From assembly GCA_046582655.1 (NCBI GenBank), contig JAYGDX010000309.1, positions 1 through 15,860 of the forward strand: a stretch of DNA of 15,860 nt. Reading direction: 5' to 3'. The notes beneath the pieces were generated by a model. That model searched no databases. It was not told the DNA's origin and saw only the letters and a list, made by a program, of their open reading frames with translations. This document shows, piece by piece, positions 1 to 8,354 of this stretch (its first letter is position 1; each line of letters begins with the position of its first letter). The translations under genes and the position numbers were made by a program. This DNA comes from Candidatus Poribacteria bacterium. GTDB taxonomy: Bacteria; Poribacteria; WGA-4E; UBA9662.

Positions 1-781
1 CTTTCCTTTGTGCCGTTGGTGCTCGAAACGGAGATTTAATTTGGCAGGAAAAGATGTCCGGCTTCTCTCCTCAAGGCTATCTTCTGTCTTCAAGTGAGCA
101 ACTCTATGTGCAAAACAGCCGTGGCAATCCCTTTGTTTTTAGAAGGGCAATGGTAAGTATCTTCATACTCTTGGTGGTAGTGGAGGGACTTTTGCCTTGA
201 TTTCAGATAACACCCTGATTTCAGATAACACCCTGATTTCAGGACCAGGTAACACTGGACAGATGAATGCGTTCAAAGTCAATACAAAAACTCAGGTTGC
301 TACGTTTAAGGGTAATCAGATGATTGTTACTCCGGAAGTATCGTATCTTCATACTGATAACGAACTTAGTGCCTTAGATCGCTACCACTATCTTGATTTA
401 ATCAAAGAACGTAATGCGTTGACCATGAAACGCGATGTTGTCAATAAGGGGTTTTTAGCTCTTGGTGAGGATATTGTTACGCGAAAAGGTCATGAATTGA
501 GAGAAAGGCTGGAAGATTTGAATCATGAAATCTTGAAGATAAATCAAACGATTCAAGATTGCCAGCCGTGGAAAGTTGCCTGTAGTCATCCTTATTCTTT
601 GATCCTCGCTGGGGATATACTCTTCGCTGGTGGTCAGGATAGTGTCATTGCGATTTCAACCAAGACTGGTAAGACGATTTGGAATGCAAGGGTCAACGGT
701 CGGGCGTTGGAGATCGCTGTTTCCAACGGTCGTGTAGTTGTGAGCACTGATAAAGGAACAATTCATTGTTTTGGTGGGTAA
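1..781 (+). pseudogene. PQQ-binding-like beta-propeller repeat protein (5' end outside window), frameshifted near 141-150
   Basis: Frame 3 from position 3 reads FLCAVGARNGDLIWQEKMSGFSPQGYLLSSSEQLYVQNSRGNPFVFRR. The sense continues in frame 2 from 149 (NGKYLHTLGGSGGTFALISDN...) into ORF 197..781, which ends with PQQ-type blades (VIAISTKTGKTIW, AVSNGRVVVSTDKGTIHCFG). One base is missing at the junction; this could be a real lesion or a sequencing error. Confidence 0.75.
198..242 (+). repeat. 18-bp tandem repeat, 2.5 copies (TGATTTCAGATAACACCC), giving an in-frame LISDNT duplication
   Basis: Exact copies at 198-215 and 216-233, plus a partial TGATTTCAG at 234-242. Confidence 0.95.
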
Positions 782-829
782 CTGGTTCTTACGAAAAGCA
801 AAAGTGAATTATAAAAGGCGTTACTTCAT

Positions 830-3553
830 ATGGTAAGAAAATTTTTGTTTATTGTTAGTTTATGTGTTATCTCCAGTTTGGTTTCGTCTGAGGCTACGAA
901 TCAAGGATTAGTTGCGCACTGGTTGGCTAACCGGATCGCTGGACAAGAACTTCTGGACCAAGTTGGTGGAAGTCATGCCCGGGTTATCGGCGAGATAGCG
1001 ACTCGTAGATTTGGCCAACTTGAAGCCCTATTGATTGATCGAGATCAGCATCGTATTGTTATCCCTTATGATCGAGACCTGAAATCTTTGCCCCGTAAAG
1101 CTATAACGGTCGAGGCTTGGATTAACATTGAGAAAACTGTAGAGTGGGGGGGGATTGTTGGGGCAACGAAAGGTGATCGAGGTTGGTTGCTTGGCACACG
1201 TCAATCCAGTTTTAGTTTTGGGGTGAATGGCTAAGGATAGTAGTGGATTTACCCATTTGCGTGTCAGAGACAGTTTGGAGTGGGGGAAATGGTATCATGT
1301 TGCTGGAACTTATGATGGACAGACAATACAGATTTATGTTGATGGCCATCTGCAGAATAGTTCTGACGCACAAGTTGGTGAAATTAATTATGCTCAACAT
1401 GGCAATTATGTCATCGGGGCGTTTGAGAATTTCTATCCTCGATGTTGGGTCCATGAAGTCCGGATTTACGACCGGGCATTAAGTGATTCAGAGATTACTC
1501 AACATTATGCTTCAAAACGTCCATTTTTTCCACAGATGTTGCCTTTTGTTACCGTACCGCATTTGCGTCGAATCAACAATAAAACAGCTATTATTTCTTG
1601 GCAAACCGGAGTCCTAACACCTTCAATTCTCTACATTGATGACAATTTGCCATTGACGCATCAGATTGCTGATCTAACGCCAAAAACGAGCCACAACATT
1701 ACACTCAACAATATCGAGTCGAAGAATATTTATCATTATCGCATTGAAGTAGGTGACCAATCTTCACGACTCTACGAGTTTGACTCCACGTTCGATTATT
1801 CCGAAGTTGAAATGGCAAATATTGCCACGTCATCTAAGCAAGATAAACATGCTAAGATGGCTGAAAAGATTGTCGAGGAGTGTGAGGTCAAGCAAGGCTA
1901 CGGTCTAGTTCTAGGTACAGATCAGGGGCGATTGGCACTTGAACTCGTTAAACGAACCGATTTACAGATTATCTGTGTGGATCCAGATCTAAAGGATATT
2001 GATCAAGCACGTAAAACCCTGGATGGTGCTGGTGTCTATGGCGTTCGGGCGAGCGTACACCGCGCGTCGTTCGAAAAGTTGCCATATGTTGATTATTTTG
2101 CCAACTTGATTGTTGCGGAAGAAAGGAATGCGCCAATTGAGGAGATTCTCCGTCTTCTCAGGCCCGCTGGAGGGATCGCATATATTAGGGAAGCTGTTGA
2201 ATTACCTCAGAAGACTGATGGCCTTAAGATATCACCATCAAAGTTAAAAAGCTGGCAGGTTATCCGACGGGGTAAGCTGTCGGGAAGTGGAGCATGGAGC
2301 CACCAATATGGGGATCCGGCCAACACAACTTGCAGCCAGGATCAACATCCCCGCGACCCTATGAGGGTTCTCTGGTTTGGTCAGCCTGGTCCACGTACAA
2401 TGGTTGATCGAGGCACTCGTGTGCCGGCTCCGCTAGCTGTCAACGGGCGACTTTATATTCAAGGGGATCGACGCTTATTTGGTTTAGATGCTTATAACGG
2501 TACGATCTTATGGGCAATCGATGTGCCGGATATGCGTCGTGCCAACATCCCGCGTGACAGTGGTAACATGGTTGCGGATGGGGATTAGCTTTATGTTGCT
2601 GTCAAAGATAAGTGTTGGAAAATAGATGGAAATAGTGGGGAAATTGTTGGCCTCTTTAATCAGGTTACTCCAGATTATGAATGGGGATATGTTGCCTACG
2701 CCGAGAACCAGCTTTTCGGCAGTTCAGTTAAAAAGGGTGGAATCTATGTCGGAGCTGACGGCGAATGGTATGACAAGAACAATGAAGAATCGCAAAAAGT
2801 TGTCAGCGAGAATCTATTTGCCATTGATCCGGTAGAAGGCAACGAAATTTGGCGTTATGCTAGTGGATCTAGAATTATTAATTCCACAATTACAATTGGT
2901 GGTGGACGCGTATATTTCATTGAGAGTCGTAACCCCAGCTGGCTATACTTGGTTCAGGACGTTTTGGCCGCGAATTAATTGAAGGGCGTATTATGGTCGC
3001 GCTTGATGCTAAAACAGGCAGGAAGATTTGGGAAAGACCTTATGTTTTCAAAGAAGATAGCTGGGTTTTTTTCCTTAGTTACGCTGACGAAGTGCTGATT
3101 AGTCTCATTACGTCAAGTAAATACCATCTATCTGCCTTTGATGCTAAGAGTGGAGAGCAAATCTGGGATCAAGAATACGGTTGGGGACGAGATCATCACG
3201 GTGGAGCTATGTATCATCCGCTCATTATTGGTGATAAAGTATATGCTGAACCAAAGGTGTTTGATCTGACAACAGGGGAGAATTTGCTGAAATCAATGCC
3301 AGACCGAGGTGGATGTAACACCATGTCAGCCTCTGCAACGGCTTTGTTTTACCGGGATAGTTATCATGGCATGTGGGATCTTGAGCAAAACAAACGCTAT
3401 AAATGGACCGGTATACGTCCTGGATGCTCACTAGGCACGATTTCAGCTGGTGGGATTGTCCTGTCGCCAGAGAGTAGTGCTGGATGCTATTGCTCCTACC
3501 CAATTCAGACATCAATCGCCTTCGTACCTGATCCAGTAAAATTGGTAGAATAA
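830..3553 (+). pseudogene. Disrupted ~900-aa secreted multidomain protein: signal peptide - LamG/concanavalin-like - FN3-like - class I SAM methyltransferase-like - PQQ beta-propeller with Cys-rich C-terminus
   Basis: ORFs 830..1234, 1227..2588 and 2993..3553 join into one gene. The LamG domain is split at ~1230 (ITVEAWI...SFGVN / KDSSG...WYHVAGTYDG...IYVDG...EVRIYDRALS). An in-frame TAG at 2586-2588 is followed by open frame 3 (LYVAVKDKCWKIDGNSGE...GGGRVYFIESRNP). A shift at the C4 run 2933-2936 leads into frame 2 (QLAILGSGRFGRELIEGRIMVALDAKTG...). MT-like motif GYGLVLGTDQGRLALEL; terminal RPGC...SAGCYCSYP. Confidence 0.8.
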
Positions 3554-3554
3554 C

Positions 3555-4412
3555 CTAAATTAATAAGTCCATAATTGACAAAACCATTAGGATTAAACTG
3601 ACCATTCCATTTAAGGTGGAGAATGCAAGATTTACACGCGATAGATCGTCTGGTTTGACAATTACGTGTTCGTAAATCAAAATTGTCATCACGATGCCAA
3701 CGCCAGTTAGGTAGATTAATCCAAGCTCACCTATTACACCGATGCTGATTAGGATGTAGACAGTAAGTGTATGCATGCCAGATGAAATCCATAAAGACAT
3801 CCGAATTCCAAGTTTGACGGGAATCGAATGTAACCCTGTTCGACGATCAAATTCGAAATCCTGACAGGCATATATGATGTCAAATCCTGCAGTCCAAAAC
3901 ATCACCGCTAAACCAAGCAAGATCGGCAAGATTTCAAACTGCCCTTTAATTGCGATCCAAGCACCGATTGGTGAAATTGCCAGCGATAGGCCAAGCCACA
4001 AATGTGCAAGCGAAGTGAAACGTTTGGTGTATGAATAAAGCATGATAACGATTAGTGCCAGCGGTGACAAGGCAAACGCGAGTGGATTTAGCTTAAAAGC
4101 TGCTAGGACAAGTAGGTTAGCTGAAATAATAGTGAATATCCAAGCCTCCCACTTTTTGAGGTTGCCGCTTGGGATTGCACGCATAGCAGTTCTTGGATTG
4201 CCAGCATCGATCTCTGCATCAGCAATTCGATTGAAGGACATGGCACAACTTCGAGCGCCTACCATCGCCACTATAATCCAGCTGATTTTGTCCAGCTTGG
4301 GAATTCCTTTAGAGGCTAAAAACGTGCTCATCACTGCAAAAGGCAACGCAAAGATTGTATGCCCGAATTTGATCATTCCTAGGATGATCTGGATCTTCCG
4401 TATCACTATCAA
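3555..4412 (-). CDS. mqnP: UbiA-family polyprenyltransferase, MqnP type (futalosine menaquinone pathway)
   Basis: Motifs MIKFGHTIFALPFA, GARSCAMSFNRIADAEIDAGNPRT..RAIP, YSYTKRFT, AGFDIIYACQD..FDRRTGLHSIP and multiple TM helices. The start is placed at TTG 4412 (or GTG 4406), just after the upstream gene's stop, rather than at 4529. Confidence 0.85.
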   Translation of the reverse strand: MIVIRKIQIILGMIKFGHTIFALPFAVMSTFLASKGIPKLDKISWIIVAMVGARSCAMSFNRIADAEIDAGNPRTAMRAIPSGNLKKWEAWIFTIISANLLVLAAFKLNPLAFALSPLALIVIMLYSYTKRFTSLAHLWLGLSLAISPIGAWIAIKGQFEILPILLGLAVMFWTAGFDIIYACQDFEFDRRTGLHSIPVKLGIRMSLWISSGMHTLTVYILISIGVIGELGLIYLTGVGIVMTILIYEHVIVKPDDLSRVNLAFSTLNGMVSLILMVLSIMDLLI

Positions 4413-4413
4413 T

Positions 4414-5235
4414 TTACTCGCTTTTGCTTGGGCGTGGATTGTTAATCCAATGATTAGTGGAATCAGTGCCTCGGCAGATGACAGCGTTTCGGTTCCAACC
4501 ATGATAGGTCTTAACCTCTGGGGGAGCAAAGCGCATGGTCAATCCGCACCGTCTGCGGTTGGACAGATTGGGATCAGATCCGTGCAATATCAAATCGGAA
4601 TGTAGCGAAATTTGACCCGACTTCAATTCAACATAGACTGGGGACCCACCATAATTTTCTGGTGAATCAACAGTTTGGTTTAACACATTTTGCTCTTCTG
4701 GTGTGCTGTGTTGGTAGTTGATCTGTCCATACAAATGTGATTTTGGAATAAGCTTCATGGCTGAATTTTCAATATCTGTATCATCAATGGCGAGCCATAC
4801 TGTGACTGTCTTACTGGGAGTCAAAGGCCAATATGACGCATCTTGGTGGAAACTGATTCGTTTGGAGTCGCCTGGCAACTTACAGAAATAGTGTGTTCCC
4901 CAACATATGATATTTTCACCCAGCAAATCCCCAACATAGTCAAGGATTCTGTTGTCGACTATCAAATCATATATGTGAGGATCGTGACAATGCCAACCGT
5001 TAATTGAGTATCCTCCTCGCTCGTTCTGAATTTCCGTTTCAATGATCCAATTGAAATATTTACGATGTATTGAAATCTCGGTTTCAGAAAACACCTCGAT
5101 CGGAAAAATATACCCTTTATTGTTGTAGCATTGGATTTGCTTGCGGTTAAGTGCTTTGGGGTTCTTATTGACTACTGGATTAAAGTTGAGGTCTCTTAAC
5201 AGACCAGGATGGGCATCAGAGATTTCTTTCTGCAT
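4414..5235 (-). CDS. Phytanoyl-CoA dioxygenase (PhyH) family Fe(II)/2-oxoglutarate dioxygenase
   Basis: HxD...H triad (FHQDASYW ... ILHGSDPN), RRCGLT, and VTVWLAIDD..IENSAMKLIPKSH. Likely start is ATG 5235 (MQKEIS), preceded by a purine-rich stretch; the ORF track start is 5295. Confidence 0.9.
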   Translation of the reverse strand: MQKEISDAHPGLLRDLNFNPVVNKNPKALNRKQIQCYNNKGYIFPIEVFSETEISIHRKYFNWIIETEIQNERGGYSINGWHCHDPHIYDLIVDNRILDYVGDLLGENIICWGTHYFCKLPGDSKRISFHQDASYWPLTPSKTVTVWLAIDDTDIENSAMKLIPKSHLYGQINYQHSTPEEQNVLNQTVDSPENYGGSPVYVELKSGQISLHSDLILHGSDPNLSNRRRCGLTMRFAPPEVKTYHGWNRNAVICRGTDSTNHWINNPRPSKSE

Positions 5236-5562
5236 AATCGTTGTGACTCTCACTAATTTTGAATTTATATCTAATATAATAATGTGGGTTGACATTGTTC
5301 GTCAAAATTAACTGTGTTTCATAGCTGTTTTTATAAATCTGGTCAGATTCATAATCGGTGTGTGAGTAGTGTGATAGATTCGTTTTATTGCTTAAGTGAA
5401 AAATCAGAGATTGCATCTTCTTGGGTGTCGATCTGTTTCAATTGGGACATTAAGGATAAAATTAGGGAATTTAAAGTATAAATAGTTCTTAATAGGGATG
5501 TACAGATGATGTGTTGATAGATCTTAAATAAATGCATCGTTTATCACGAATTAAACGTTATG

Positions 5563-5591
5563 TTGATCATATGAAATCTTCTAGTTATTTT
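5563..5591 (+). promoter_or_regulatory. Possible sigma70 promoter for the motA-motB-motB operon
   Basis: TTGATC (5563-5568), 17 bp, TATTTT (5586-5591). It lies in a very AT-rich intergenic region, so a chance match is plausible. Confidence 0.3.
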
Positions 5592-5656
5592 AAATAATTT
5601 AAAATTTATTCGGGTGTATTTCGTTTAAAATCCTCATAAGGAAGAAGAGCCCACTC

Positions 5657-6427
5657 ATGAAATCGACTGTCGTTGGAATTGTTGTTGGTTTTCTACTGTT
5701 AGGTATTGCGATACTATGGTCAATTGGCTTCCAATTTGGTAGGTTCGTCTGGTTTTTTGACCCGAAAGCGCTTCTAATTGTTCTTGGTGGTATTGTGTGC
5801 ACCACTTTCATTGCTTATCCCCACAATAAGATTTCGGGTGCTTTCGGAAGTTATGTGAAAGCGCTGACTCGAAATGAGATTTCATTAGAAGACTATATTC
5901 AGGAGATTGAGACACTTTCGACGGGTGAAATAGAAGAAGACAGCCAGGTTAATCCTGATGGAGCGGATGAAATTGGCGAAGCGTTTCTAAGTGACGGATT
6001 GCGAATGGTTGTCAACAAGCATCCTGCTGATGAAGTTCGGCGTGTCATGACCGAACGTATCAAAAATACCCTTCATAATGATATGGCGGAGGCCAAAGTA
6101 ATTCGTAACATGGCCAAGATTGCTCCTGCTTTTGGTGTGCTTGGTACACTGTTAGGACTCGTTATGATGATGCGGAGTTTGGATAGTGATGACGCGGAGT
6201 TGATGACTTCACTGGGTACTGGTATGGGAACAGCATTGTTGAGCATCTTTTATGGAGTTCTCCTCAGTAACTTTCTTTTTACACCTGTGGCAATTAAAAT
6301 TGAAACTCGTGCAGCACAACGTGTTGTTTTAATGAATATCATTATGGAAGGTATTACGCTTCTCATTCACGAAACACCGACCGAAATTGTCCGTGACAAA
6401 CTTCAAGCTTTCCTCGCACTTAAGTAA
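5657..6427 (+). CDS. motA: MotA/PomA-family stator A subunit homologue (divergent)
   Basis: Four-TM layout, FFDPKALLIVLGG, FLSDGLRMVV, APAFGVLGTLLGLV, ALLSIFYG..LSNFLFTPVA.K, IMEGI...P..VRDKL; 256 aa. Confidence 0.9.
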   Translation: MKSTVVGIVVGFLLLGIAILWSIGFQFGRFVWFFDPKALLIVLGGIVCTTFIAYPHNKISGAFGSYVKALTRNEISLEDYIQEIETLSTGEIEEDSQVNPDGADEIGEAFLSDGLRMVVNKHPADEVRRVMTERIKNTLHNDMAEAKVIRNMAKIAPAFGVLGTLLGLVMMMRSLDSDDAELMTSLGTGMGTALLSIFYGVLLSNFLFTPVAIKIETRAAQRVVLMNIIMEGITLLIHETPTEIVRDKLQAFLALK

Positions 6428-6460
6428 TAGTGTTTTCGTGACCATTTTAAGGTGTAGTCC

Positions 6461-7555
6461 ATGGCGTTGGAGTTGATAGAAAAATCGGAGGTCGATGACA
6501 ATTGGGATTGGTCCATCAATCTAAGTGGTGTAATCTCCATCTGCTGTTGCTTTTTCTTTATGTGGTTAGCTTTGCTTTCCGATCAGGTACAGCGAGATCC
6601 ATTTGGTCTGCTGGATACTGATTCAATACTGCAGGATTCGAGTGAAAGCACCCAGGATACCAAAGAAAGCATTAGGGCACTTCGTGCTATGCTTCATAAT
6701 CTTGAAGGATTCGCCGATGGTAATAGGAACGTTATTTTTAATAAAAGACTGAGTGATATTAATCTTCCATATTTGGGATCAGATTTAGGTCAGCTTCAGG
6801 TTACATTTAATGAAGATGGTGGTAAAGAACTATTTAAACGTGGTAGTTCTAAGGTAATGGAGGGATTCGAGAAACAGTTATTTAGTTTTGCTAAACACCT
6901 TACCGTGCCTGATCCAGATCGAACTAAACAAACTCAGGAAGAGTTCCGCAGGAGGCAGGTTGAACGGATCAAAAGGATCGAGATTCAAGTTCATAGTTCC
7001 AGCGACCTCGGCAGTGATTCGGCAGGGGCCTATTCTTCTAAGTGGGAGCTCGATATAATTCGTGCTGTCGATGTCAAGCATGTTCTGGAAGAATGGGGAT
7101 TTCCACCAGAGATTGGCAAAAAAACCGTTGTTTCCGGCTATGCGGATCAGTATCCTTTTGTTGATGAGAATATCCGCTATATCTTTAGTTTTAATAAAGC
7201 TATTGTGGGAGCTATACATGATTTGGAATATGACTTATCGTCTCAAAATGAAGACAGCCAAAATATCGATCAAGAGAAACCAGAAAGCATTGGGAAAATT
7301 GAAAGTGCGTTTGAGAGGAAAGAGATCAGGTTGGATAAAATCAGTAATCTAATGACAATTCGACCTGGGAAGGTGTGGATACTCATAGACCGTGGGCCAA
7401 TTGGTCGAAATGAACCAGTGACCTATTTGTTGAAAACAGAGGATGCAGAATTAAAGGTCTATCAAATGAGACGGGATCTTGAAAAACAGGATATGCAACG
7501 CAAAAATCGTCGTGTTGTTATCCTCGTTTCGATTGATGTGAAAAATGAATTCTAA
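6461..7555 (+). CDS. MotB-like protein 1: single N-terminal TM plus degenerate OmpA-like domain with a ~100-aa insertion
   Basis: Directly follows motA. TM segment WSINLSGVISICCCFF aligns to MotB W..(S/T)YAD..TLL..FF. OmpA_C-like elements: LFKRGSS, IEIQVHSS, KWELDIIRA, VSGYADQYP, KNRRVVILV. Confidence 0.8.
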   Translation: MALELIEKSEVDDNWDWSINLSGVISICCCFFFMWLALLSDQVQRDPFGLLDTDSILQDSSESTQDTKESIRALRAMLHNLEGFADGNRNVIFNKRLSDINLPYLGSDLGQLQVTFNEDGGKELFKRGSSKVMEGFEKQLFSFAKHLTVPDPDRTKQTQEEFRRRQVERIKRIEIQVHSSSDLGSDSAGAYSSKWELDIIRAVDVKHVLEEWGFPPEIGKKTVVSGYADQYPFVDENIRYIFSFNKAIVGAIHDLEYDLSSQNEDSQNIDQEKPESIGKIESAFERKEIRLDKISNLMTIRPGKVWILIDRGPIGRNEPVTYLLKTEDAELKVYQMRRDLEKQDMQRKNRRVVILVSIDVKNEF

Positions 7556-7571
7556 TGATAGAGAACAAGCG

Positions 7572-8354
7572 ATGGCCTTAAATTTAATGGAAGAACTAGA
7601 GGGAAATGACGAAGTGGGTTGGGTCATCAGCTTAAACGGCTTAATTGCCATTTATATGTGTTTTATCATGTTGCTATTAACGGTATTTTTCGATCAGATA
7701 CAGCGTGACCCTTTTACTTTACAAAGCGTTGTCTCCATGTGGCAACCTAATCAAAAATTTAATTTGCACCTGGATAAAAAGAGAAAACTAGAATCTCGTC
7801 GACAGATGATTAAGAATCTTGAAGAATACGCCGAAGCTAAGCCAAACGTGATATTTGAGAAAAAACTCAATAGTATAAATTTGCCTCATCTCGGATCGGG
7901 GTTAGGTCAATTTCGAATTACGTTTAATAGTATTGATAGCAAGAAACTATTTGTCACAGGGAGTTCCAACTTGACCGACGAATTCAAGGTACAACTGTCT
8001 AGTGTGACGAAATATCTCGTTAGTCTTCGAGAGGAGATTGATCAAGTTAAAAGAATCGAAATTCGAGTGAATAGCAACCACAATTTCTCTGCCTCACCAT
8101 CCAAATCAATACTTTCGGAGACAGCTAAATGCGCATTTAAAATTAAGCAATTCCTTGACAAAGACGAAGGATTTAAGAAGTATCCTGGAGATTACATTGA
8201 AAGGGCTGATGGGCTACCTCATTTTGCCAAACCAAAGGTACTATCTGATAGAATCGTCATTTCTAGTTATGTGGGCGAGGTTCTTGAGGGAGGAATCAGA
8301 CAACAGCTAGGTAGCCAGGTTGTGATTCTTGTCTCGCTTGATATGAAAATATAG
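7572..8354 (+). CDS. MotB-like protein 2, tandem paralogue of 6461..7555 with a more degenerate C-terminal domain
   Basis: Shares blocks with paralogue 1: DQ(V/I)QRDPF, NVIF.K.L..INLP.LGS.LGQ...TFN, LF..GSS, KRIEI.V.S, VVILVS(I/L)D.K. ATG 7572 (MALNLMEEL) is collinear with MALELIEKS and is preferred over 7545. Confidence 0.75.
   Translation: MALNLMEELEGNDEVGWVISLNGLIAIYMCFIMLLLTVFFDQIQRDPFTLQSVVSMWQPNQKFNLHLDKKRKLESRRQMIKNLEEYAEAKPNVIFEKKLNSINLPHLGSGLGQFRITFNSIDSKKLFVTGSSNLTDEFKVQLSSVTKYLVSLREEIDQVKRIEIRVNSNHNFSASPSKSILSETAKCAFKIKQFLDKDEGFKKYPGDYIERADGLPHFAKPKVLSDRIVISSYVGEVLEGGIRQQLGSQVVILVSLDMKI

Noticed and set aside
2586..2588. In-frame TAG as stop-codon reassignment or pyrrolysine
   Set aside because: TAG ends mqnP, motB-like 2 and the DNRLRE gene at their expected C-termini, no pyl genes are visible, and the same gene also has frameshifts.
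4413..4529. N-terminal extension of the prenyltransferase given by the ORF track
   Set aside because: It overlaps the PhyH gene's 3' end, and family similarity begins only at about 4406.
4042..4605. 187-aa plus-strand ORF and other short shadow ORFs (e.g. 1243, 2626, 3225, 6878, 9052, 11071, 14453)
   Set aside because: They overlap well-supported genes antisense or out of frame and have no recognisable motifs.
5657..8354. Zorya anti-phage system (zorAB)
   Set aside because: The A subunit is a 256-aa four-TM MotA type with no long ZorA tail, no zorC/D/E is adjacent, and the B-subunit Asp is absent.
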